Assembly (NCBI RefSeq): GCF_001306055.1
Contig: NZ_LGHJ01000024.1
Span: 1 to 32,000 of the forward strand
DNA length: 32,000 nucleotides
Direction of reading: 5' to 3'
Source: Bellilinea caldifistulae
GTDB taxonomy: Bacteria; Chloroflexota; Anaerolineae; Anaerolineales; Anaerolineaceae
In this document: positions 15,697 through 24,602 of the stretch, one piece after another
How positions within the stretch are numbered: the first letter of the stretch is position 1
How the letters are laid out: each line of letters starts with the position of its first letter
Made by a program: the position numbers and the translations under genes
The notes under the pieces: generated by a model
The model's input: the letters and a program-made list of their open reading frames with translations, nothing else
What the model was told of the DNA's origin: nothing
Databases searched by the model: none

Positions 15697-17592
15697 ATGC
15701 TTAAAGAAGTAACTATTCTTCAATGGTTTTTCTTGGTTTTTTCGATTTTGTTATTTATCGGGCCGGGTATCAGTCTATGTAGTTTTCTTAGGCACGAAAC
15801 TAAGTATCGTTTTTCACTATTCTTTCTGATGACATTTGTTCTCTCCATAGCGTTTTGGACGATACTTCTGGTGTATTTTCGCTTTTTTAAAATTAATCTT
15901 CTAAATCATAATTTCGTATACCTTATATCAATTTTTAGTTGGATAATTGGAGTAATAAAATTTATCAAATTATCGAAAAACCGAGAATCCCAATTTCTTC
16001 TCCCTGATAAATGGGAGATACTTCTCATCTTTGGGTTAATTATTTCTTTACTTATCAACACTTATGCGCTGCGTAATATGGTGGTTGGATTGGGCAGCGA
16101 TAGCAATCATCATACGCTTATTACTTATATGTTTATTTGGAATGAAGGTTTACCCAATAACTACTCGCCAGCATATCCGGATATTATTACTTTTAATTAT
16201 CACTTCGGCTTTCACGCTTTGGCAGCAAACTTATCACTCTTAAGTGGGTGGGAACCAAGATTGATGGTTCTTGTTTTGGCTCCGATATTGATTACACTAT
16301 CCGGCCTGGCTACAGCCTACTTTTGCTGGCGAGTTTTTCAAAGTTCAATTGCAATGGCTCTTGCCGGGATAATACCCTCCTTGATAGCGGTTTTTCCAAC
16401 CGCCATGCTGGAATGGGGCAGATATCCTCAAACATTGGGCTTGATCATATTGTCCGTATTTCTGGCTGAGTATCTAGTGGTCCAAGCATCTGAAGTATCT
16501 AAAAGAAAAATAGTTGCTCTATCAGCAATTGCGAGTGGTTTGGCTTTAACCCATTATCGGGTAACTATTATGGGAATCTTGGCTATCTTGCTCTGGGAAT
16601 TCATAAGGCTCATTGAAAAAAAATCACTGATAGCTTTCTTCGGAGAACGAGGACTATTGATTGGTGGTGTTTCAGTTTTCAGTGTTTTTCTTGTTTGGCC
16701 TTGGTTTTTACAAGTGTATCTGAATCAATTTGTTGGTTATGCAGATCCATATTCTGCTCCCACAGAGCTATTTTTTTCGATTGATCGTTTAGGTTCTACC
16801 ACACTCGAATATCCTACAAATATTTCACTAATCGGCGCTTTTGCTTTATTCAGTTTGTGGGCAATTTACAGACGAAATCGTTTAGGAGCGTGGATATTTT
16901 TATGGATGTTTATGATGTTGATCAGTTCGTGGTTGACGAGAGGATTAAAATATACGGCGGCGGATACAATTACTGTTATCACCTCCTCGTACCTACCACT
17001 CTCTATCATGATTGGCTGGGGAGTGAGTGATGTTGAAAAATTATTTTCCCAAAAGATTGTAAATGGAATTTTAGGAACTATTGGTGTGATTGCGTTAGTT
17101 TGGGGGGCATATCACATGAATGGGTTGTTGGATGTTCCTTCTGCTGCGTATGTTAAGCCAGAAGACTTGAAGGCAGCTGAATGGATAAGGCAAAATACAC
17201 CTGAAGATGCCTGTTTTATGATCAATACTTATCGTTTTGAATTCTCAACGAATTTTATTATAGGAAGTGATGCTGGCGGGTGGTTACCTGTTTTAGCTCA
17301 AAGATGCGTTGTTACTTATCCAATGACAAGTAATATCGAACGGTTTGATCATCCTAGCGCATTGGATAAGGTGGTGAGGATACATAATTTAGATGGAAAA
17401 CTAACCTCTAAAGGGGCAATCGATTTATTTGGGAAATTTAATATAAAATATGTGTATGTTAGACAAAATGAAATATCTGAACGGATAAATGCAACAACTC
17501 TTTCGCAGTCGATTTTATATGAAAGGGTATATAGCCGAGATAATGTTGAAATTTATAAGATAAAAATAAACACTGCCATTTCAGTCAAATGA
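15697..17592 (+). CDS. Large polytopic membrane protein with GT-C-like architecture (putative polyprenyl-phosphate-sugar-dependent glycosyltransferase)
   Basis: 631 aa. About 13-14 hydrophobic helices are followed by a soluble C-terminal domain of about 150 aa (VKPEDLKAAEWIRQNTPEDACFMIN...). The layout matches ArnT/PMT/YfhO/AglB-type enzymes. A GSDSNHH motif sits in a loop. No named family was recognised with certainty. Confidence 0.4.
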   Translation: MLKEVTILQWFFLVFSILLFIGPGISLCSFLRHETKYRFSLFFLMTFVLSIAFWTILLVYFRFFKINLLNHNFVYLISIFSWIIGVIKFIKLSKNRESQFLLPDKWEILLIFGLIISLLINTYALRNMVVGLGSDSNHHTLITYMFIWNEGLPNNYSPAYPDIITFNYHFGFHALAANLSLLSGWEPRLMVLVLAPILITLSGLATAYFCWRVFQSSIAMALAGIIPSLIAVFPTAMLEWGRYPQTLGLIILSVFLAEYLVVQASEVSKRKIVALSAIASGLALTHYRVTIMGILAILLWEFIRLIEKKSLIAFFGERGLLIGGVSVFSVFLVWPWFLQVYLNQFVGYADPYSAPTELFFSIDRLGSTTLEYPTNISLIGAFALFSLWAIYRRNRLGAWIFLWMFMMLISSWLTRGLKYTAADTITVITSSYLPLSIMIGWGVSDVEKLFSQKIVNGILGTIGVIALVWGAYHMNGLLDVPSAAYVKPEDLKAAEWIRQNTPEDACFMINTYRFEFSTNFIIGSDAGGWLPVLAQRCVVTYPMTSNIERFDHPSALDKVVRIHNLDGKLTSKGAIDLFGKFNIKYVYVRQNEISERINATTLSQSILYERVYSRDNVEIYKIKINTAISVK

Positions 17593-18021
17593 AAAATATA
17601 CCTCACCCAGATCTATGATATTATTTTCTTTTACTTCAATTTTAAGAACATTTCCACTCTCATCGTAATAAACCATACCACCTGAAACTACCTCATATAT
17701 AACGAGAGAGTAATTACCTGGCTTAATATCATGAAAATAAAAACTACCATCAATTGGATCAACATAAGAGAAAGGGGCTTTTGAAGTATCTAAAAATCCA
17801 CCAGAAAATTCATTGGAAAGTTCTATAATATCCCCAAGGTATACAATTAATCCATTCAAATCAGAAGAATTTGGCATTATTAGCTTACCCTTAACTCCTC
17901 CTGTGCCTGGAAGAGGAGTTGGTTCTACTTTTTTTTCTGTTGCCCTTTCTCCGTTTGGAGCACAACCGAAAGTTAAGATAGTTAGAAGTATAAAAATAAA
18001 ATGCTTGCGGGTTGTTTTCAT
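17581..18021 (-). CDS. Small lipoprotein with a carboxypeptidase-regulatory-like beta-sandwich domain
   Basis: Signal peptide with lipobox LTFGC. GGVKGKLI...LNGLIVYL...DGSFYFHDIKPGNYSLVIYE fits the CarboxypepD_reg-like pattern. Strong SD (GGAGG) lies upstream. The 3' end overlaps the convergent GT-C-like gene by 12 nt. Confidence 0.55.
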   Translation of the reverse strand: MKTTRKHFIFILLTILTFGCAPNGERATEKKVEPTPLPGTGGVKGKLIMPNSSDLNGLIVYLGDIIELSNEFSGGFLDTSKAPFSYVDPIDGSFYFHDIKPGNYSLVIYEVVSGGMVYYDESGNVLKIEVKENNIIDLGEVYFSFD

Positions 18022-18038
18022 ATTTCAACCTCCAATAA

Positions 18039-18072
18039 CAGAAGTGTTGTGGAATTTTCCACAACACTTCTG
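18039..18072 (-). terminator. Perfect 14-bp stem-loop between the 494-aa gene and the lipoprotein gene (attenuator or mRNA-stabilising hairpin)
   Basis: CAGAAGTGTTGTGG (18039..18052), loop AATTTT, CCACAACACTTCTG (18059..18072). It starts 21 nt after the upstream stop codon and ends 17 nt before the next ATG. On the minus strand it is followed by TTATTGGAGG, which is only a weak T-tract. Confidence 0.5.
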
Positions 18073-18093
18073 CATTTTGTAAATATAGGTCAT

Positions 18094-19578
18094 TCACGGA
18101 ATTGGAACGCCAGTATACATCGTTGCAACATGTCGACCATAATTTGTATGAATGACAGTTGCAACCAGTTGAGCCCCTGATGATCCTTGTATAAAGGCTG
18201 AGCCTTTCCAACCAGACGGAATAGAACCATTCCCATCAAGTACTGGACCACCGAAATAAAACTCTATCGCTTGGCCGGGAGTTAGGGTTACATTACTCTT
18301 TGTCCCATTAAGGTTGCTTACAGAGTCTGGGTCAGCCGAGTATGTGATTGTAAATGTGGCATTGGAACTGCCGTAATTTTGTACTTTTATTCCGGAAATC
18401 CATACTCCAGAACCAGAAGGCCAATTGTAAAGCGATGGCAAGCTAATATTCCTGCTACCGCTAGCAAATCCCGCATAGCCTACCGCCACTCCGTATCCGC
18501 TTGCCCCTTCATAATTTGTGTGCTGTACTGTTGCAACAACAGGAACATTTGAATTGATTATTGCATATCCTTTGAACTGGTTAGGCATTGGACCAGCGGG
18601 TGAATTCAAAGTTGTTCCAGGAAGATACAGTTCTGTATTTCCACCAGCAGGGATACTAAGAGTTTTTGTACCGGTAAATGATGGCATCCCAGGGTCAGAT
18701 TTGAATTCCACCGTAATACTTGCGGGTGAGCTGGAGGAATTCACTATCTTTATACCAGATCTCCATGTGCCACTAGCGCCAGAGAAGTTGTTATAAAGAG
18801 ATGGCAGAAGAATCTTTGTTCCAGCATCTGTCGAAGAAAGTCCACGCGCGCTAATAAGCACATTGCCTTGGACATCACCATTACCGACCAGTCGCGTTTG
18901 ATTTGCCATAACTGCAACTGGACCACTTGACTCGATAGTGGCACTTCCAATAAACCACCCCAAATCGTTATATGTTGAAGTAAGGGTGTCAAAGCTTTGT
19001 GTCCCGTAGGGTGCAATACTAAAGGGAACTGTTTTTGTGTGGACACCAGAATCACTATATGAAACAGAAGATGAAGGTTCGGTGAAAACAATGTTTCCAG
19101 TGACTGACGAAGCCGTTGTGTTTTGAACAAAGATTTCGGTGCTCCAACTGTTGTGGTTGCGATAAACATATGGTACAAACACTGATGTAGAGGGTACCAT
19201 TGAATTATAGCTATCAGCCATGCCATAAGGATAATTTGTTGTAGTAACCACAGCACCAACGTTTCGATCAGAACTCACAACAGCCGAATATTGCCCTGCT
19301 GTAACGCTGGAAAAAGAAGGTAGATATACTTCAACTGATTTATTGGGTTGTGCTACTAAAGGACTACCACCAGAGGTCTGGGTGATGACATGTATTGGTG
19401 ATCCTCCACTGCTACCGTAGAGAGAGACACTAAGGTTAGCCACGTTGCTTGGATCAAGATTTTGGATCTTAATTCCAGACTGCCAGGTTCCCCCAGCAAG
19501 GCCATTCGCTATAGATGTTAGCATTAACATCATAATAATAACTATTGGTAACGCTTTGAAAACATTTTTGTTGAACAT
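18094..19578 (-). CDS. Secreted Ser/Thr/Gly/Asn-rich protein built from four homologous modules of about 115 aa (unknown family; candidate surface or matrix protein)
   Basis: Signal peptide MFNKNVFKALPIVIIMMLMLTSIANG. Module starts are GTWQSGIKIQN, SWSTEIFVQN, GTWRSGIKIVN and GVWISGIKVQN, with ends VVTTTNY, ATVQHTNY and ATVIHTNY. LPSLYN / VPYVYRN connectors join them. There is no Cys and no recognisable anchor. Strong SD (GGAGGTAAAAAAATG). Confidence 0.7.
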   Translation of the reverse strand: MFNKNVFKALPIVIIMMLMLTSIANGLAGGTWQSGIKIQNLDPSNVANLSVSLYGSSGGSPIHVITQTSGGSPLVAQPNKSVEVYLPSFSSVTAGQYSAVVSSDRNVGAVVTTTNYPYGMADSYNSMVPSTSVFVPYVYRNHNSWSTEIFVQNTTASSVTGNIVFTEPSSSVSYSDSGVHTKTVPFSIAPYGTQSFDTLTSTYNDLGWFIGSATIESSGPVAVMANQTRLVGNGDVQGNVLISARGLSSTDAGTKILLPSLYNNFSGASGTWRSGIKIVNSSSSPASITVEFKSDPGMPSFTGTKTLSIPAGGNTELYLPGTTLNSPAGPMPNQFKGYAIINSNVPVVATVQHTNYEGASGYGVAVGYAGFASGSRNISLPSLYNWPSGSGVWISGIKVQNYGSSNATFTITYSADPDSVSNLNGTKSNVTLTPGQAIEFYFGGPVLDGNGSIPSGWKGSAFIQGSSGAQLVATVIHTNYGRHVATMYTGVPIP

Positions 19579-19652
19579 TTTTTTACCTCCATAATTTTAG
19601 AGTTGCTATTAAGATACAATTGTTAATTTGCAATAGCAATAATTCTTATGGG

Positions 19653-20267
19653 TTAATGTTCTGGTTTTTTAAATTTACCAATGGCAAATATCCAGGGAAA
19701 CACATATTGTATGTTATGGACGATAATGTAATTTTTTATCAAATTCGAAAAACTTTTTAAATTCCAATGTTGAATATGACCTGGTGTGTTACCAAAACTT
19801 TTTATATATTTCATTCTAGCAAGGTTTAATAATTGCCACCAAGGTTCATTAGGCACGGAGAGAATTGTCCATCCGTTGCCAACCCTTTGAATCTCTTTTA
19901 GAACTAATTCTGGACTTGATACATGTTCGAGAACCTCACATGCAATTACAAGATCGAATGTGTTTTCTGAAAATGGAAGATTTTCTCCAAAACATACAAC
20001 CCAATTAGCATCCGAATTATTTTTTGCACTTGATTTTACGAAATGCCAATCAATATCACTTGCGAAAAAATGGACTTCCGGGTAAATATCTCTGACATAC
20101 CTTACTATGTATCCTTCGCCACTTCCAATTTCTAAAATATTATCTGCTTTAATGCGAGTTAAGAAATATTGAAAAGCACTTTTATACTTATTAACAAAAA
20201 ACTTCACCAATAGATTATTCGAAGTGTATTTATTATAATAATTACCTAAAGGGATGTTCTTTTTCAT
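19653..20267 (-). CDS. Class I SAM-dependent methyltransferase
   Basis: Motif I ILEIGSGEGY, an acidic residue after beta-2 (FASDID), and FDLVIACEVLEHV. 204 aa. Confidence 0.7.
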   Translation of the reverse strand: MKKNIPLGNYYNKYTSNNLLVKFFVNKYKSAFQYFLTRIKADNILEIGSGEGYIVRYVRDIYPEVHFFASDIDWHFVKSSAKNNSDANWVVCFGENLPFSENTFDLVIACEVLEHVSSPELVLKEIQRVGNGWTILSVPNEPWWQLLNLARMKYIKSFGNTPGHIQHWNLKSFSNLIKNYIIVHNIQYVFPWIFAIGKFKKPEH

Positions 20268-20361
20268 AATAATAATTCCGGGGAATACTTGAATATTAGG
20301 CCTGTGTGGTAAGATTATTATAAGATTTTAAACCCTATCGCCCAATCCATTGAGATAGATA

Positions 20362-21291
20362 TTGCAAAATTATAAACCAGGATTTGAAAATAAGTCTTCT
20401 CGCCTTAGGTTTCAACAACTAGGCATATGGCTTGGTCTCTTTTTATTCCTTCTTCAAGTTTATCAAAGTGTCCAAAAATTGCTTCAATCAAAAATTATTT
20501 TCCAATTCTCGTCCCTTAGTATCCTTGCACTTTTTCTTGGCTTAAGTTTCAATTTTCTTCAAATGCTCAATTGGAAATTGATCTTGAGCGGGTTGGGAAT
20601 TATCATTCCCCTTAAGGAAACCCTTAAAAATTTTCCAAGAACGTTCCTGCCTCGATACATTCCCGGCTCAATATGGGGCTATTTGAGCAGGGGAGAGTGG
20701 CTGCTTACTAACTTTAACGTTAGTCATAAGATGAATATTTATAGCTCCTTACTGGAAGTAATTATTCCACTCAGCGCTTCATTATTTCTGCTGTCGGGAT
20801 CTTTTTTAAAGTTTAATTTTCTTTTATATCTAGTTCTTGCTGTCATCATACTCTTCGGTTTTTGGTTGGTATTTGAGTTTTCCCGAAAAAGGATTTTTCC
20901 TCGATTAGGCTTTTCGGATGAAAAAAATTATTTTTCGTTTAGAAGGTGGCTATTAGGCAACTTTATTTTTTCGGTAAATTGGATATTGATGGGGTTGATG
21001 ACATTATTTTTAGTTACTATATTTAATAACCCAAATAACCAATTATCAATTTGGTCGGTTCAAAATGTGTGGAATGCAACTTTAGCCTATTGCACAGCTT
21101 GGCTTGGTGGTTTCCTTGTTTTATTTGTACCTGCGGGGATGGGGGTTCGTGAGATTTTGTTCAGGTTAGTCTTGGAACAACTTATGGGGATTTCTTCTGA
21201 CATTGCTCTTCTGGTTGCTGTTGCAGCCCGGTTTATATCTCTTCTCTCGGAAGGGGTCTGGCTGATTGTTGGGATTCTGATTAAAGATTGA
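20362..21291 (+). CDS. Membrane protein of the LPG_synthase_TM / UPF0104 'flippase-like domain' family
   Basis: About 8 TM helices and the family-typical PAGMGVREI motif near the C-terminus. It begins at TTG 20362, since there is no in-frame ATG until well inside the gene, so the start is uncertain. Confidence 0.55.
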   Translation: MQNYKPGFENKSSRLRFQQLGIWLGLFLFLLQVYQSVQKLLQSKIIFQFSSLSILALFLGLSFNFLQMLNWKLILSGLGIIIPLKETLKNFPRTFLPRYIPGSIWGYLSRGEWLLTNFNVSHKMNIYSSLLEVIIPLSASLFLLSGSFLKFNFLLYLVLAVIILFGFWLVFEFSRKRIFPRLGFSDEKNYFSFRRWLLGNFIFSVNWILMGLMTLFLVTIFNNPNNQLSIWSVQNVWNATLAYCTAWLGGFLVLFVPAGMGVREILFRLVLEQLMGISSDIALLVAVAARFISLLSEGVWLIVGILIKD

Positions 21292-21294
21292 TCA

Positions 21295-22251
21295 TCAAAC
21301 TTCATTACTATTGGGTTTTGCTTCGTCTAAGCGAATGCGATACAAAATCTCTTCTAACAACTTTCTATTAAAACTGATCAAATCCGCCACCAAACCAATT
21401 AGCAAAGTCTGAAAACCGACAATGATCAGCACAGCTCCCAACAATAGCGATTGAATTTTGCCTTCTCCCTGTCCTATGGCGAAAAAGTATAAAAAACGCA
21501 ACGCAGGGATCAGTCCGATTCCGATCATCAAGCTTCCAATGATGGTAAAAACCCTTAAAGGGCGGTACATAGTATAAGCGCGAACAATAGTTACCGTGGA
21601 GTGGCTTAAGTATTCTGTGATGCTGCGCATCAGGCGGGATGGACGGCGGGGCGGATTGGTGCGGATTGGAACGCTGGCGATGGCAAAGTTTTGGCTGCCG
21701 GCTTGAATCAGTGTTTCCAAAGTGTAAGAATAGTTACTCAGTACATTCGTTCGCAGGGCAACTTCACGGGTCATAGCCCGAAAACCACTGGTCGCGTCAG
21801 GAATATCCAACCCGGCTGCTCGTGAAACAACCTTGCTCCCCCAGGTTTGAAGTTTACGTTTAAGCGGTGAAAATGTCTCCAAATTGGCTACCCCTCGGTC
21901 GCCAATGACCAGTTCGGCTTTACCTTCCAAGATAGGCTTGAGCAGAGTCGGTATATCTCCCGCATTGTATTGATTGTCCGCATCGGTATTAAGGATGATA
22001 TCGGCCCCCAGCCGGAGGCATGCATCCAGCCCGGTCCGGTAAGCGGTTGCCAACCCTGCATGTTTCTTTATGCGTACAATATGATGCACCCCTACTTGCC
22101 GGGCAACCTCAGTGGTGTTATCGGTACTGCCATCATCAATAATTAAATACTCAATTTGATCCACCCCATCTATTACACGGGGTAACTCGGCGATGGTGTG
22201 AGGTAAGGTTTCAGCCTCGTTGTAACACGGAATCTGGATGATCAGTTTCAT
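21295..22251 (-). CDS. GT2 glycosyltransferase with two C-terminal TM helices (GtrB/CsbB/ArnC/DPMS-like polyprenyl-phosphate glycosyltransferase)
   Basis: [22 protein letters not shown] and the NTDADNQY (DxD) motif. The C-terminal segments [21 protein letters not shown] and [24 protein letters not shown] form the two helices. 318 aa, the size typical of GtrB. Confidence 0.75.
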   Translation of the reverse strand: MKLIIQIPCYNEAETLPHTIAELPRVIDGVDQIEYLIIDDGSTDNTTEVARQVGVHHIVRIKKHAGLATAYRTGLDACLRLGADIILNTDADNQYNAGDIPTLLKPILEGKAELVIGDRGVANLETFSPLKRKLQTWGSKVVSRAAGLDIPDATSGFRAMTREVALRTNVLSNYSYTLETLIQAGSQNFAIASVPIRTNPPRRPSRLMRSITEYLSHSTVTIVRAYTMYRPLRVFTIIGSLMIGIGLIPALRFLYFFAIGQGEGKIQSLLLGAVLIIVGFQTLLIGLVADLISFNRKLLEEILYRIRLDEAKPNSNEV

Positions 22252-22291
22252 TGGAGTATGCTTAGTATATCAAAATCCAATTCGGAATATC

Positions 22292-22321
22292 ACCCTCTTT
22301 TCTGGCAATCTCCTCTATAAT
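22292..22321 (+). promoter_or_regulatory. Candidate promoter for the 201-aa lipoprotein gene
   Basis: CTGGCA (22292..22297), an 18-nt spacer, then a perfect TATAAT (22316..22321), 30 nt upstream of ATG 22352. Confidence 0.35.
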
Positions 22322-22351
22322 TAAACCACCATTCACTCATCATGGGGAAAT

Positions 22352-22957
22352 ATGCTGAAACGTTTTTGCCTCCTCCTCTCCCTGGCCCTGCTGCTTTCCG
22401 CTTGCCGTGTACTCCCGGAACCGACGCCGGAACCGTTGCCGAGGATTCCCTTTCCGACGTTGCCTCCATCTCCCCCCACCCCTTTGCCTTCGCCGACGCC
22501 GCTGCCCAGCCCAACCCCAACGCCCGAACCCACGGTTGAAATTCAAGCCCAGCCGACTTTGCCTCCCTTTATCCCCTTGCAGCAAGCCCCGCTGTTTGCG
22601 CCGCCCTTTGCCCACGCCGAGCCGCCCTGCGGGTGGATGGGTGCAGCCGGTCAGGTCTTTGACGGCGAAGGCCGACCACTGAACGGCATCATCGTTTCAG
22701 TGGTCGGCAATGTGGCCGGCCAGAATGTGGACGCGCTTGGATTCACCGGCCTTGCCCCGGCTTACGGCCCCGGCGGCTACGAGGTAACTCTCCACAACGG
22801 GGTTGCCCCCGGCATCTTTTGGGTGCAATTGTTCGATCTGGCGGCTCAGCCGCTGACCGAGCCGCTCAACTTCACCATGTTGACCGATTGCCAAACCAGC
22901 CTGGCGGTGATCAACTTCCGTCAGCTGGATGCGGCCTTTCAACCGGTTTTGCCCTGA
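22352..22957 (+). CDS. Lipoprotein with Pro-rich tether and a small beta-rich C-terminal domain (unknown function)
   Basis: Lipobox LLSAC, then PEPTPEPLP...PTPLPSPTPLPSPTPTPEPT. The C-terminal domain, with two Cys (CGW...TDCQ) and GQVFDGEGRPLNGIIVSVVG, resembles a carboxypeptidase-regulatory-like fold. Confidence 0.55.
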   Translation: MLKRFCLLLSLALLLSACRVLPEPTPEPLPRIPFPTLPPSPPTPLPSPTPLPSPTPTPEPTVEIQAQPTLPPFIPLQQAPLFAPPFAHAEPPCGWMGAAGQVFDGEGRPLNGIIVSVVGNVAGQNVDALGFTGLAPAYGPGGYEVTLHNGVAPGIFWVQLFDLAAQPLTEPLNFTMLTDCQTSLAVINFRQLDAAFQPVLP

Positions 22958-22992
22958 GTCTTTCCCCAAGTTAACCAGATTAGCGTTTGGTT

Positions 22993-23027
22993 AAAAACCG
23001 GCTGCAACCCCTCCCGCAGCCGGTTTT
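22993..23027 (+). terminator. Rho-independent terminator after the lipoprotein gene
   Basis: AAAACCGGCTGC (22993..23005, perfect complement of GCAGCCGGTTTT at 23016..23027) with a 10-nt loop. The T-run is included in the 3' arm. Confidence 0.6.
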
Positions 23028-23053
23028 GAGGCTCTGGCGGGCAGAATGCGCCC

Positions 23054-23082
23054 TTGACCCAAACAACCGCCCGGTTTATAAT
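23054..23082 (+). promoter_or_regulatory. Near-consensus sigma70-type promoter of the glycan operon
   Basis: TTGACC (23054..23059), an exactly 17-nt spacer, then TATAAT (23077..23082). The ATG of the first gene is at 23104. Confidence 0.6.
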
Positions 23083-23103
23083 TCAGCCACTGAATTTTAG
23101 AAC

Positions 23104-24548
<1,445 letters not shown>

Positions 24549-24602
24549 GGAAGAGAAGGACGGGAAGCCTGATCTCCCCCGTCCATTGAGGAAATAACGC
24601 GT

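Larger units (their letters stand above)
15640..22260. other. AT-rich compositional island (accessory glycan/surface-protein gene cluster, six genes)
   Basis: My GC counts on single 60-nt lines are as follows. Inside the island: 37% (15721), 30% (19681), 32% (20521), 40% (18601). In the last gene: 35-60%, mostly 42-53% (21301-22021). Just outside: 60% (14581). The codon choice is visibly AT-biased. No integrase, tRNA or flanking direct repeats were seen. Confidence 0.8.

Noticed and set aside
18094-19578. Using the eleven N-x-S/T sequons in the 494-aa protein as evidence for N-glycosylation
   Set aside because: With roughly 8% Asn and roughly a quarter Ser+Thr, about ten sequons are expected by chance. 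The count is therefore not informative.
15640-22260. Reading the AT-rich island as an integrative element or prophage remnant
   Set aside because: It has no integrase, transposase, tRNA target or flanking direct repeats. The only boundary similarity (GATATTACCAC versus GAATATCACCC) is unconvincing. Low-GC glycan gene clusters are a known pattern without mobility genes. HGT is still inferred, but the mechanism is unknown.
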